This document shows positions 1 through 10,735 of a DNA stretch of 64,000 nucleotides, piece by piece. Source of the DNA: Chrysemys picta bellii. Taxonomy: Eukaryota. The position numbers and the translations under genes were made by a program. The DNA lies in the NCBI RefSeq assembly GCF_011386835.1, contig NC_088793.1, positions 172,732,001 through 172,796,000 of the forward strand, written 5' to 3'. Positions within the stretch are counted from its first letter, which is position 1. The number at the start of each line of letters is the position of its first letter. Below the pieces are notes generated by a model, which saw nothing but the letters and a program-made list of their open reading frames with translations, searched no databases and was not told the DNA's origin.

Positions 1-337
1 GCATCAGGTGCTGGCTGCGCTCGCCATTCTCGCTGAACGAGCGGTCCCGGAACTTGTTCTCCTTGTTGAGCAGCGCGGTGGGGCTGCTGCTCCCTCCGCC
101 TCCCCCCCCGCCCGTGCCCGTCTCCTTCAGGCTGCCGAACGAGGAAGAGGAGGACGAGGACGACGAGCTGGAGCCCGAGGAGCCTGGGAACTTGGAGCTG
201 TTGGCCAGAGCCTGCAGGTTGCTGGTCGAGTGCCTTCGCAGAAACCCCGGCGCGAAGCTGGAGCTGGGGGAGGTCACGGGGGTCCCCACCGCCTTCTTGT
301 CCAGCATGCTGCTCAGGTTGGTCAGGGCTTTTTCACT
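1..337 (-). CDS. ZFP36L2: ZFP36L2 (TIS11D) coding exon 2, 5' part; continues beyond window start
   Basis: Minus strand reads [44 protein letters not shown]...[26 protein letters not shown], matching the recalled ZFP36L2 N-terminus ([29 protein letters not shown]). Acceptor tttccag| at 338-339, phase 0. Confidence 0.96.
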
Positions 338-1028
338 CTGGAAACGAGAGGGGGAAAGGAGGAGAAAGAGAGTTTGCAAAGTGACTCGGCCGGGTAGCAG
401 TTCTGCAAGTTGCCAGCGCCCCCTGAGACTGCACGGGGGTAAAACGCCCCCTCGCAGCACATCTGCAGGGCGAGCGTGGGACATCTTAATGTCTCCCCTG
501 CAGCCTGAGAGCTATGCACTAACCCTTACTTCTCAGCAGTGTCTTTAACAAGGTGACACAGCTCCAGGTAAAGCTTCACCTTCACAGCACAAGCCTAAGG
601 ACTTCCATTGCCAGAGTTCGAAGTTTTGGGGGAGATCTAGTACTGACTTCAGCACATTTAAAACTAAAAGCTTTAGAGACCTTAAAGCTCCCCACTGCAA
701 CACAACTCGAACTCTTTGATAAACTTCCAGTCAACAAATCTACTTAGAACCCTGTGCCCAGAGAACTGCAGATCAGTTTGGGAGGGATGAAACACCAACC
801 AGGCAAACTGTCACAATTTAAATGTTAACTTGATCACAGAGTAAGTTACGTGCAAAATGCAGCCCACATGGAAAGCAGCACCCCTCCCCCAACAAGAAAA
901 AGGAGTTAATTTCACTTGTTAAATAGTCACACAAACTTCGAAAGAAAACACTCAAGTGCTCAGATTTGCTAAGAGCCATTTAAAACGTTCAAAGTGCTTG
1001 GCAGACAAAATGCAAACTCTTCCCCTAC

Positions 1029-1079
1029 CTTGCACAAGAAGTCGATGTCGTAGAAGGCAGATAAAAGTGTCGTAGACAT
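1029..1079 (-). CDS. ZFP36L2: ZFP36L2 coding exon 1 (17 codons)
   Basis: ATG at 1077-1079, MSTTLLSAFYDIDFLCK, donor |gtaggg at 1027-1028. Splices in frame to exon 2 across a 691-bp GT-AG intron. Confidence 0.96.
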
Positions 1080-1279
1080 TTCGAGATCCTGTAGTGATCG
1101 GAAATACAGGAAGGACCGAAAGATCCCGCTTTCCTCGGAGGCTTTGGAAAAGCCACGACTAGATAGGAAAGGGCTGATTACTTGAGATCCGAAATGGTCC
1201 AATCACTTTCCCGGCAGGGGTGGGTTAGCGGGTGCCCGGCGGAGGCGGTGGCTACTGCTGCAGCGAGCTGACTGCTGGA

Positions 1280-1445
1280 ACTCTGCAAGCCCTGTGCTCG
1301 GCACATATATAAACGCCGGACAGTGCAAGGGGCGGGACCCAGCCGGGCCCGCCGGGGTCTCCCAGCAACACCGCCCAGTCGTTCTCACCCAGCCCTGCCC
1401 CCTCCTCAGCCGCTCCGCTGCTTCTCATTGGGCGCCGCCAATTTC
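1280..1445 (-). promoter_or_regulatory. ZFP36L2: ZFP36L2 core promoter in CpG island
   Basis: TATA-like TTTATATAT (minus) at 1305-1313, GC boxes GGGGCGGGA at 1329-1337 and CCGCCC at 1371-1376, CCAAT boxes at 1427-1431 and 1438-1442. CpG-rich. A TSS near 1275-1285 is inferred from TATA spacing only. Confidence 0.7.
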
Positions 1446-1994
1446 TTTCAGGGGCCTGGAGTGCAGGGAGGTGCTGTGGGGCTGAGCGGCAGAGAAAGAG
1501 CGGCGGGCGGGGTAGCCGTCGGCTGTACAGCTAGCGTCATGCTCACTCGGGGTTGCAGTGAGCCATTGGCTACGCGATTGTACTATACAGTCTTGTGACT
1601 CTGCTATGCATGGGGTTATAGAGTGGAAAGTATATAGAAAGCATTCTACAAGGCTTGCTACACAATGCACTGTGGGTAGCAGGCAGTCCACTATACACAG
1701 GGTGCACTGTTGTATACACTTGTATTAGTAAACACTGTGCAGTATATACAAGGCTGCTACAGATGAGTGTAGCTTGCTGCAGATTGTGTATAGAAAGCAT
1801 GGTCCTATACATGGAGATTTGCTATGGAAATACAGAGGGCACTTACTGAATGCACCGTGCATATAGGTTTGTTACAAATACAAACTGCATAGAAAACACT
1901 CAAAAGTAAGACTTGTTACAGAACGTACTACCTAGAAACCACGCTAACATTTAGGAGTTATTGACGCAAAAACACTGCAGACGTATCTAGGAGG

Positions 1995-2088
1995 TTGCAT
2001 CTGAAGAAGTGAGGTTCTTACCCACGAAAGCTTATGCTCCCAATACTTCTGTTAGTCTCAAAGGTGCCACAGGACCCTCTGTTGCTTT
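1995..2088 (+). mobile_element. Penelope-like element terminal (pLTR) fragment, family A
   Basis: Shares gaaagcttatgctcc...gttagtct...aggtgccacagga..ct.tgttgcttt with the copies at 60533-60726 and, more weakly, 29959-29999. Family assignment from recalled reptile PLE termini. Confidence 0.75.
1997..2037 (+). ncRNA. Minimal type-I hammerhead ribozyme motif with intact core, inside PLE fragment
   Basis: GCAT-CTGAAGA-A-GTG(A)GGT-TCTT-ACCCAC-GAAA-GC-TT-ATGC: stem I GCAT/ATGC, stem II 6 bp with one bulge, palindromic AAGCTT replacing helix III, predicted cleavage after CUU (2033). Confidence 0.7.
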
Positions 2089-2379
2089 GATCATTCGATA
2101 TTATTAAACTCCTGATTTTCTTTTAAAATGCCTCGGGAAAATCAGTGTCTCTTTTATTGCAAAAGACATACACGCACCATGTCCCTGACTAGGACTTTTC
2201 AACCAGCACATGTCGGAAAGGGTTTCCCTCTCACTTTAATATGCCTGGCGAATAGGCTGGGAAGCTTAAAAAAAGGAAGATGCACCCAAGTACCTCGGAG
2301 TGAAACGGGACACCTCTTCCTCCCTCCCCACCGAACATCAACTTTTGCCACGTAATTGATTTGAAACAAACTTTGGGTC

Positions 2380-3450
2380 CTTGCTTGCTGCGCCCGCGTA
2401 ACTAGCGGACGGTCGCTAGGGTGTGTTACTTTGCAACACAAAGCGCGGGTGGCTAAAGGGATCGGGTTTGGGGGCGGAGGGGGGAGAGGAGGGAAGAAAG
2501 AAAGAAAGAACCAGTTCCCCTCCCGGCGGGCGGCTCCTGCACAGCAAAGGGCCTCCCCGTCCCGCGCCGCCTGCACCATGCGCCCGCCTCCCGGAGCTTT
2601 CCAATAAGGCCTAGTCGATCACAGAGACTTGGCAGCCGGTCAAGGTCTTGTGATGCGATTAGCAAAGCCAATTTCTTCTCCTTTGACTTGGAGCCCCAAC
2701 GCCCCTCCCTGGGCAGCAGCACCGCAGGGCTAGAACGAGGACACAAGCGTCCGCAGCCCCGGCCGCTCGCTCGGTGCCCTTCCCCGGGCGGAGTGCGCGA
2801 GGGAGGGAGGCCGCCGCCCGGGGAAGTGCAGCCGAGCCGCGGCTGCAGAGCGGCCCCAGGCTCGAGCGCTGCCTAGCTTGTGCAGGGAGGAAGGAAGCCA
2901 GTGCTAGGGGTGAGTGGAAGGGGACGTAACCGTACTGTGCTCCACACCTCAGCCGGGGGAGGGGGGCACACGCACTGCCCGCATGGGTTCCTTGGCTACG
3001 CAAAATATACGCGCTCCTCAAGACAAATAAGCAATGAGCCTGGCCTATCTGAGTCTGCACGGCCGGGAGGGGAAGAGTTAACCCCGGGGCCCCTTTCTTT
3101 GCAGCACCCCTCCCCCCTCCCAGGTCACAGCTCTTTCTGTGCAACTGCCCGGCCAAGTTATCCCTTCCCCTGCAGCATTAATGCCCCTCCCTCCTAAAGA
3201 GCCCTTGTCTGGACAGTAGCTGGGACGGGGGGACAAAGTAGTGGTTAGAAGGAGCGAACGCCCAAAAAGGGAGCTAATCTCCCCACCCCCGGAGAAATAG
3301 CAGATGTTTTTAACCACACTGTACACGCCAGGTAACCCCGCTTGTCCCCCCCCCCCCCAGACATTCATAAATCTGGCCTGACTCCGACATCCAGGCTTGT
3401 ATAAACACGTTCGACAGCACGATTCTGCATTCCCAATACTTGCGTTTGCT
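2380..3450. promoter_or_regulatory. Second CpG-rich island upstream of ZFP36L2 (enhancer or divergent promoter candidate)
   Basis: Dense CpG/GC content with several GC boxes, no recognisable coding frame and no TE hallmarks. Confidence 0.55.
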
Positions 3451-4178
3451 AACAGTTGAAACATATACAAGGGGAAAATGGATGCGCGTGTAAAAGTTTC
3501 CCTGCATTTTATGGGTTACAAAAGCAGTGGAGACGTTTGATCCTCTTTCGGTTCTTTCTGAGCCGGGATGTCAAGCCCTGAAAATCCGAGGGCAAGTCTG
3601 CCCACGTCAGCAGGAAACCTGCACTTTGCAAAGAAATTTACCAAAGGAAAAGCAACTTCAACGGCGTTTTATTGGGACATTTTGCGCCGGGTCTTCACAC
3701 CAGTTTTTCGCAAAACGGCTCACGCCTCCATTTGGCTTCCTCCTCAGTGTGACTGTGTCCAGCCCCGCGGATAAATGCACTTCTGGGAGCGACTGCAGCT
3801 TAGCAACGTTTCAGCGCAGGAGCACAGTCCCTCCTCCTGCAAAAGGCAGCACAGGGTGCGATATTTCACCCCATTGCTCAATCTGTTAAAAGGTCACAAT
3901 TGCTAACAGTGTGTTAATAAACTATAAAGGACGAGAAACTCTAACGTAGGCCATTTACGTTTAAAAATAAAAGATACCCGAGGGGGGAAAAAAGCACCAA
4001 ATCACATTCCTTTCTGTACCACAGTCCTTCATGGGACAAATCTCTAACTCACCAAATGCACCTTTTAAACTAATCTGCTTGGCAGCGCTTTCTAACTCGC
4101 GGCTAAGAAGCTGCGTTGCTAAACTGGAGGTGGACGTGACATGTTGACATTTAGTCCCGCAATGGTTTTATGGTAATA

Positions 4179-4195
4179 TGTCACCCTCTAGTGCC
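4179..4195 (-). promoter_or_regulatory. CTCF-like motif
   Basis: Minus strand GGCACTAGAGGGTGACA is a partial match to CCASYAGRKGGCRSYA. Confidence 0.35.
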
Positions 4196-5821
4196 TCAAC
4201 CCTGCGAAGGCATCCCAGGTAGAGGAGGCAACAATATTCTATTATTTTCATCGGTATCCAAACAAAACTTAAGTTTTCCTTTAATATTTTCCTGAAGTTC
4301 TGTGAAAACATTACAGTTGCGAGTGACTTACTACGTAAGGAGACTCAGTTCCTCAAATGGGGAAAAAATTTAAACTGGGATTAACATTATATATTTCCAA
4401 TAATGTGTATTTTCTCCTTAGCTGCCTCCATTCATTTGGTTTCATGCTAATATGGTTAGTTCAAACTTCCCTCTCCTCCCCCTATTCAAAAACTAAACCG
4501 TGTAATAAGATTTGAAAACACCATCTAGGGGGCAGATCCTGCCCCTTAGTTGCCAGTCTAAGTAAATACATAGTTTATGAAGATAATCATGCAAGAAGCA
4601 GTGTATAATCAGCCTTTGAACGACAAATACTTTGATACATTGACTTAGATCAAATACATCACAGATAAGTACTCTCTACTAGACTGCTAATCCTGTACTG
4701 CAGCTGCTGTTTAAGGTTTAAAGGTTTCTGATTTAGTAGTTATACAGTAACCCAAGTCACCAACAATATGTGGTGAAATGTATGCAAGATGATGTAAAAT
4801 TATTTGCTCTCTATAAACTAAGAGATATTACTTAGTTTAAAGTTACACGTTTAAAAACATTGATAAGGAAGATTAAGATTTAAAGTAATTTTGTTCACTG
4901 ATTAACCATGTTCTTGAGGCTTTACGAAGTTACTTATGTTCTGTTATAAATCTTGTGGATATACTACTGTGCTGTTAAAAGTTGTCTTACTCATTTTTAT
5001 ACCATTCAAACTACCAAGCCCCACACAAGAAGAGCAGCAGTGAAGGATTTTTGAAATCCAGAGGGATTAATTTCTATTTGTATTATAGCATAAAAAGTGA
5101 ATAGCTACACCAGATGTTAAAAAAAAGTTGGAAAGGTGTGTAAAGTGACAGTTGCTAACTACTAGTGTTGAACAAATGTACTTACGAATAGCAGATAAAA
5201 TTTATGCTATTAATCTAATGAACAGAAAACAGCTTTTTCATAAAATAGATTTATGATGACTAATCTGGATTCTGTTTGTATTTATTTATTAGTAAATAGG
5301 AAAAAATGAATACCTGTGAACTGTCCTTTCATTGTAAACCAAGTTTTCCTTTGCCTCATTGAAATCTCATGGTTCTTTATTATTGTAAGTTATTTACATG
5401 AGAAATGCTGAATCATGAAACTGCAGTTACAGAAAATATTTATGATAAAAAGTCACTGAAATAAAAGATAATATTCTGTTTTGAAAATAAACCACTTAGG
5501 CTTTAATTTCAGCTTAGTACTTATGCAGTGGAAAGCAAATATTATGTCAAACTGCTCTCTTCCACTTTTAACTCTTAAATAAAAATGTTTAATTGTGACA
5601 ATCTAACACATTTTTTCAAAATATTTTTCAGAGCCTAGTTTAGCAGCCCATTCTAGTTATAACAGTATTATGAAAAATTAACAATGATACAACTAATACT
5701 TGCTAGAGAAATTCATTTTACATTAATCGAACTGGGCTTCAGGTTTACGTTGAAGATTAAGCTATATACATTAATGTGAAACCCAGCACTGTTTCACTAG
5801 TTCTTAGAAAATGTTGTATTA

Positions 5822-5837
5822 TAGTGCCACCTACTGG
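5822..5837 (-). promoter_or_regulatory. CTCF motif, full consensus match
   Basis: Minus strand CCAGTAGGTGGCACTA matches CCASYAGRKGGCRSYA at 16/16 positions. Confidence 0.6.
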
Positions 5838-5908
5838 GATACTAAGAATATAACTTAAAGCATCTGCAGTATTGAGCTTCAGAAAATCTTGTATTGAACT
5901 ATTAATTA

Positions 5909-6096
5909 CACCTCTACCCTGATATAACACTGTTCTCGGGAGCCAAAAAATCTTACCGCGTTATAGGTGAAAGCGTGTTATATCGAACTTGCTTTGATCC
6001 GCCGGAGTGCGCAGCCCCACGCCCCCAGAGCGCTGCTTTACCGGGTTATATCTGAATTCATGTTATATCGGGCCGTGTTATATCGGGGTAGAGGTG
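5909..6096. mobile_element. Tc1/mariner-pogo type MITE (188 bp)
   Basis: TIRs CACCTCTACCCTGATATAAC / GTTATATCGGGGTAGAGGTG flanked by TA on both sides. Same-length sister copy at 49956-50143. Confidence 0.85.
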
Positions 6097-7312
6097 TACT
6101 TTTCAGTAAGATTTCAAATTAACATTTACTAAAAGACAAGAAAGGGTGAAAGTGCAAATAAAGAATCACTGTTTGCTCATAACCCCATCACTCTTGCAGT
6201 GATAATTTAAAAATCAGTCTAAAGCAAGTTATATCTTTGTTTTGGTTACTGCATGCATTCTATACAGGTTTTAGCTCTTGATTAAATAATTCACTGAGTC
6301 TTTTAAATTATTTATTTGAACTTATTATTATCTTGGAACCAAATTCAAGAATTCAGGAAGAGAAATCTACAAAGCACACATAAATAAGAGAACTCCAGAT
6401 CTGTTTTGATGATTTGAGACAACACAATGCTATATTCCAAATCTCCTAAAACAGACATTAATGTCAAAATAAAATTATTCTGATCACCTTCAGAAGGTTG
6501 CTATCAGATTTGTAAAGGCCCGATTCTATTATCTTTACTCAGACCTTACTTACAGAGTAAAGCATACTCTAGGTGAGCAAGCATGACCTCATACGTTTTA
6601 TTTTGAACACAGTGGTCTTCATTCTGGAAAGGGCTTCAAACCCAGCCTCTGGTTTGAAGGCAAAAATGTTAGCACTCTGATACCTATTTTCTTTGCAGGA
6701 GCAATCAGGCAGCACTTACACATCTATTTGCACCTGCAAAACAAGAGGTCACTTTTAAAAATCAGGCTCCTTTACTTCCCCCTGGTTAAAAATGGAATGA
6801 AGTTCAAAACTCTGATTCAGGCTTGGCATAAGCAAGCAAGGGAAGCCAATATTTTTTTTTAGGAACAGTTTTAAAAAAAAATAAAACAGTATCAGGTTAA
6901 TACTCTGAGTGTGTTAAGAATTGCTACATGCTGACAAAAGAAAAACAAAGTCAAGAATTATGGCATTGGAGTAGAGGAAGAATAACTTGTGGGATAAAAC
7001 ACACCAGATTTGCAGGTGGCCTGCACCTGGATGAATGGAAAATATTAAGGTTAGCTGCTTTGCGTCCTACAGTAGCTGCAATAAACTATGCTGGTCTGAA
7101 TGAAATTAGTAAATGCATTAAAAAAATATTCTACAGCAATTCTGACAAAGCGTCAATGGACTCATGAAAAATGTGTTTTTAGCATGTACTATTAAAAAAG
7201 TTTACTACAGTCATTAAACAAATATATCCCGTCCAAACCTAGAGAGAATTCAACTCTTTGTTCACAATGTAGTAAAATGTATACAACCAGCACAGGACAA
7301 ACTGCCAGTGTT

Positions 7313-7657
7313 TCATTTTTCAGGATTTTCTTTGTTCTTGCAAGTATCATCATCAAGTTCAAGCAAGGTTAATATCTTAAGGCAAGTTGATATTCTTTCC
7401 TTCTGAATGGCTAATCTTGTGAATTCCACAGTTTTGGAAAATTCTGGAGTTGGAGGTAGCTCTTTAAGAAGCTGTGTAACAAGCTTCGCTTGATCAGATG
7501 CTCTTCTTGCCAATCGAAGGAATTCTCCTTGATCTGGCGAATTTAAGCGAGTGGCTGGTATGAGCAAGAACAGATGTTTACTAAGTTGTCTGACGTTAGT
7601 CAGCGTCTCTGCCCAAAAATTCACTTCCCCTTTATTAAACAGGTTGTCATCTTCCAT
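7313..7657 (-). CDS. THADA: THADA terminal coding exon
   Basis: MEDDNLFNKGEVNFWAETLTNVRQLSKHLF...ELPPTPEFSKTVEFTRLAIQKERISTCLKILTLLE...K* matches the recalled THADA C-terminus (EVNFWAETL, EFVKTVEFTRLRIQEER). TGA at 7313-7315, acceptor ttttcattgag|. Confidence 0.93.
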   Translation of the reverse strand: MEDDNLFNKGEVNFWAETLTNVRQLSKHLFLLIPATRLNSPDQGEFLRLARRASDQAKLVTQLLKELPPTPEFSKTVEFTRLAIQKERISTCLKILTLLELDDDTCKNKENPEK

Positions 7658-8833
7658 CTCAATGAAAAGAAAAACAACAATGATCAGTGGTTTGATGATA
7701 AAGGGGAAATAATCCAATATTAAACAACATTAAGGGGAAATAATGCGGATGTAAAATATTACTAAAACAGTTTATTTGCTGTTTCATGTGAGGGTAAGAA
7801 TTCATATACGTATCTTCAATTTATTCAAAGATTTGGGAAGCAAAAAACAAAGTTTCCCAGTGTGCCAATGAAATATCTCCAGAAATCAGGCGCTTATGAT
7901 GTAACTTTTATTTTTGAAATAGTGGAAGTAAAAAACAGCCTAAACATTAAAATGTGCATGTTGGGGAGTGCAGAATTAGCTTGCCTTCCGCTGTGTCACT
8001 GTCTTATATTATGCAGAGCCCTCTGTAATCAGCATGGTAATTGGGCATATCATGGAGCTTTTGGAGTAGATTAATTAATAAAGGAAAATTACATCAGTCA
8101 ACAAAACAGTAGTAGAACATCAAAAAGACATACCTAAACCAAATGCTTAAGAAAAGTTTCATAAGACATTTGAATGGTCATTTTATCATATCAGTTGTCA
8201 GCCAGTGTTTCAAAGATGTAGCTGTTGCCACTACTACCAGTTTACTTTATAGTATTATATTCATATTGCTTGGCCTTTCAAAGGCAAGTTAGCTCCTAAC
8301 ATACAATATTAAGTTCTGTAGGCCCAATCCTGCGAAGTCTTGTTTATGCAAATAGTCCTACCTACTGAAGTCAATGTTTCAATGAGTGAGAATGATTCAT
8401 GTGCGTAAGATTGTGTAGTATTGAGCCCACAGAATATAACAAAATTTGAAAGCTCTGGAAAAACTAGTACAATAGCATGAAGCAAACCAATAGTAGCAGG
8501 AGTAATGGGCTTGGACTTCAGATATGCTGAGCATCTAAAACAGCTATCAACGTCAATCAGTTTTATAGATGATCAGCACCTCTGAAAATCAGGCCCTGCA
8601 TCTTTGAAATGTTGGGTGACAACTGATATGTTAAAATAACCCAGGAACTTCATTAAACTTTTTTTAAAAAGAGTATGGTTTAGTGTTGACATCAATGGGA
8701 CTACTTATATGAGAATTGCAGGATCAGGCCCAATTTATTTATTTATTTTTAACAGACCGTTGTCACTGTGAATGTTTTACTTTAAAGTTTAAGTCTGTTC
8801 CATCTCCAGAAATTAAGTAGTTATTAGAATTAC

Positions 8834-9000
8834 CAGAGTTGTAGTCTCCAAATCTTTTTTTAGTTCATCCTCTCCCAGCAGCCACTCCAGTAACACTGGG
8901 ACACCAGCACTGGTTTGATTCCACTGCTGAAGCAGCTCACACAGTATGCCAAATGCTAAATCCAAGGCCATGGATGCATTTACTACACGAAAGGCAAACT
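8834..9000 (-). CDS. THADA: THADA penultimate exon (167 bp)
   Basis: (E)FAFRVVNASMALDLAFGILCELLQQWNQTSAGVPVLLEWLLGEDELKKDLETTTL. Acceptor ctctccgcag|, donor |gtaatt, phase 1 to 0. Not present in the ORF track. Confidence 0.92.
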
Positions 9001-10465
9001 CTGCGGAGAGAAAACAGGAAGACTAATGTAAATTGAGACCAAACATCATTTTACATTTACAGTGGCATATAAGTGAGTTCTCATATGAATACCAAGGCTG
9101 AACTTACAAAAGCAAATTTAGAATGCTAATTTACAGTCACAAGTAGTTAGAAATCTATGCTTAGCCAACTGTCGGGGTTGGGCTCTTTTCTTATTTCAAA
9201 ATAATACATGAAACACCTAAGACAATTACGTTTAAAAATTACTATTGTGCATATAGTAACATTCAGTATTACGGATCTAAGTATACGAACATGTCCCTTG
9301 CTTTCAGACAAGGTCATCACATGGTAGACTGTGACTGTATGTTAAGAGTAATACACAAAATGCAGCTGTGTTTTAAATTACATCTAATGACACCATGGAT
9401 CTCAGTACTCACAGCATAGTGGCATGCTTTTCAACCAAACCTCCATAAAATAAATCAAATTACAAATATAGACAAAACAACAAAGGTTAAAATAAACCCA
9501 TAAAAGCCAGAAAAATTCAGGCCCTGTTTACATAAGAGTTCAAGGCATCTTTTGCCAGAATTGGGTTTAAACACAGGTCTTGCTAGCAGGATGCTAATAT
9601 AGTTTCCCTGGACAGTGGAGAAATGGATGAACCACCATGCTATAAACTGTACCCATGCGCTCTTATCTACACTGCGTTTCTTCCCTAGATTTCCAGCTGG
9701 TGCAAATTACTGTGTTTGCTTGCTCTCGATGACTGTGGTAAAAATGCCAGCAACCTTCTAGAGCTCTGTCTACAATAGAGTTCCCATTGTTGCTATCAGC
9801 AGTAGAGCTCACTAGTGGTAGCAACAGTGGGAAAATATAGGGGGGAAATCCTAATGCAGGCAAATTCCCTGACTAGAGCATGATGTAAAACGGATTTTAG
9901 CACAGTTCATCTATATTCACCAGAGAAAAGCTATTCATGCAAAGGGCTTATTTTTAAAGTAATGCTATTCTCCTAGACACCTTTTTACCAGGACAAAGGA
10001 AGGTGCAATGATGTAATCACAGCTACCCAGAAAGTCAGTCACACTTGGAGGCTGGCACTGACTTCCTCTTTCTGAGGATTCATTTCGTCTGGTGAAGGAA
10101 AAGGATTGTTGAGATTAAAAATGAACAAAAATGCAGACAGAAAAAGACTAAAACATTGGAAGCAACTCCCTCTGAGCTGCAGCGTGGATCTCTATTGTGT
10201 ATTTTTAACTTACTTTATGGCTGATTTTCAGATATGCAAATTAAACAACAGATCCACAATGGAGTTTGACATCTGCACTAGGACTAGGCAAACACAAATG
10301 CAAAGGAAGGAAAGAAAGCAATGAGACTGTTGGGCAAAGGAATGTGAGGGTGCAGGCAAGGCTACTGTGGGCATAGAGACCTGACAGGAAATGAGAGGGA
10401 GAAGGGGCATGATATTAGACAGGATAGGGCAAGGTACTGAAAGGGGAGACTGGACAGGAGACTGT

Positions 10466-10735
10466 GAACATAAGAATGGCCATACTGGGTCAGACCAATG
10501 GTCCATCTAGCCCAATATCTTGTCTTCCTACAGTGGCTGGTGCCAAATGCTTCAGAGGAGTAAACAGAACAGGGCAATTTATTACGTGATCCATTCTCCT
10601 GTCATCCAGTCCCAGCTTCCAGCAGTCAGAGGTTTAGGGACATCCAGAGCATCAGGTTGTGTCCCTGATCATTTTGGCCAATAGAATTGATGGACCAATC
10701 TACCATGTACTTATCCAATTCTCTTGTGAAGGGAG
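10466..10735 (-). mobile_element. CR1 LINE 3' end fragment
   Basis: Minus strand ends ...ggtctgacccagtatggccattcttatgttc, a CR1-type 3' UTR/tail. Confidence 0.7.

Noticed and set aside
54-548. 164-aa plus-strand ORF with poly-Pro and acidic run
   Set aside because: It is the antisense frame of ZFP36L2 exon 2: the poly-Ser and poly-Gly codons read as E/D and P.
1080-1202. 41-codon in-frame N-terminal extension of ZFP36L2
   Set aside because: It starts at TTG, not ATG. An open stretch of 41 codons is not unusual by chance, and the real protein starts MSTTLL at 1079.
2026-2046. Monomeric hammerhead fold (AGC-UUAU-GCU helix III, cleavage at CUC)
   Set aside because: Stem I cannot then form. 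The dimer-type register with GCAU/AUGC fits both PLE families.
2346-2354. UPRE/XBP1-like TGCCACGTA motif
   Set aside because: A single short motif, expected by chance in 64 kb.
7658-7745. U12-type intron explanation for the odd THADA acceptor (TTTCCCCTTAAT upstream)
   Set aside because: The motif is about 70 nt from the acceptor, and the donor is gtaatt (U2 type), not GTATCC.
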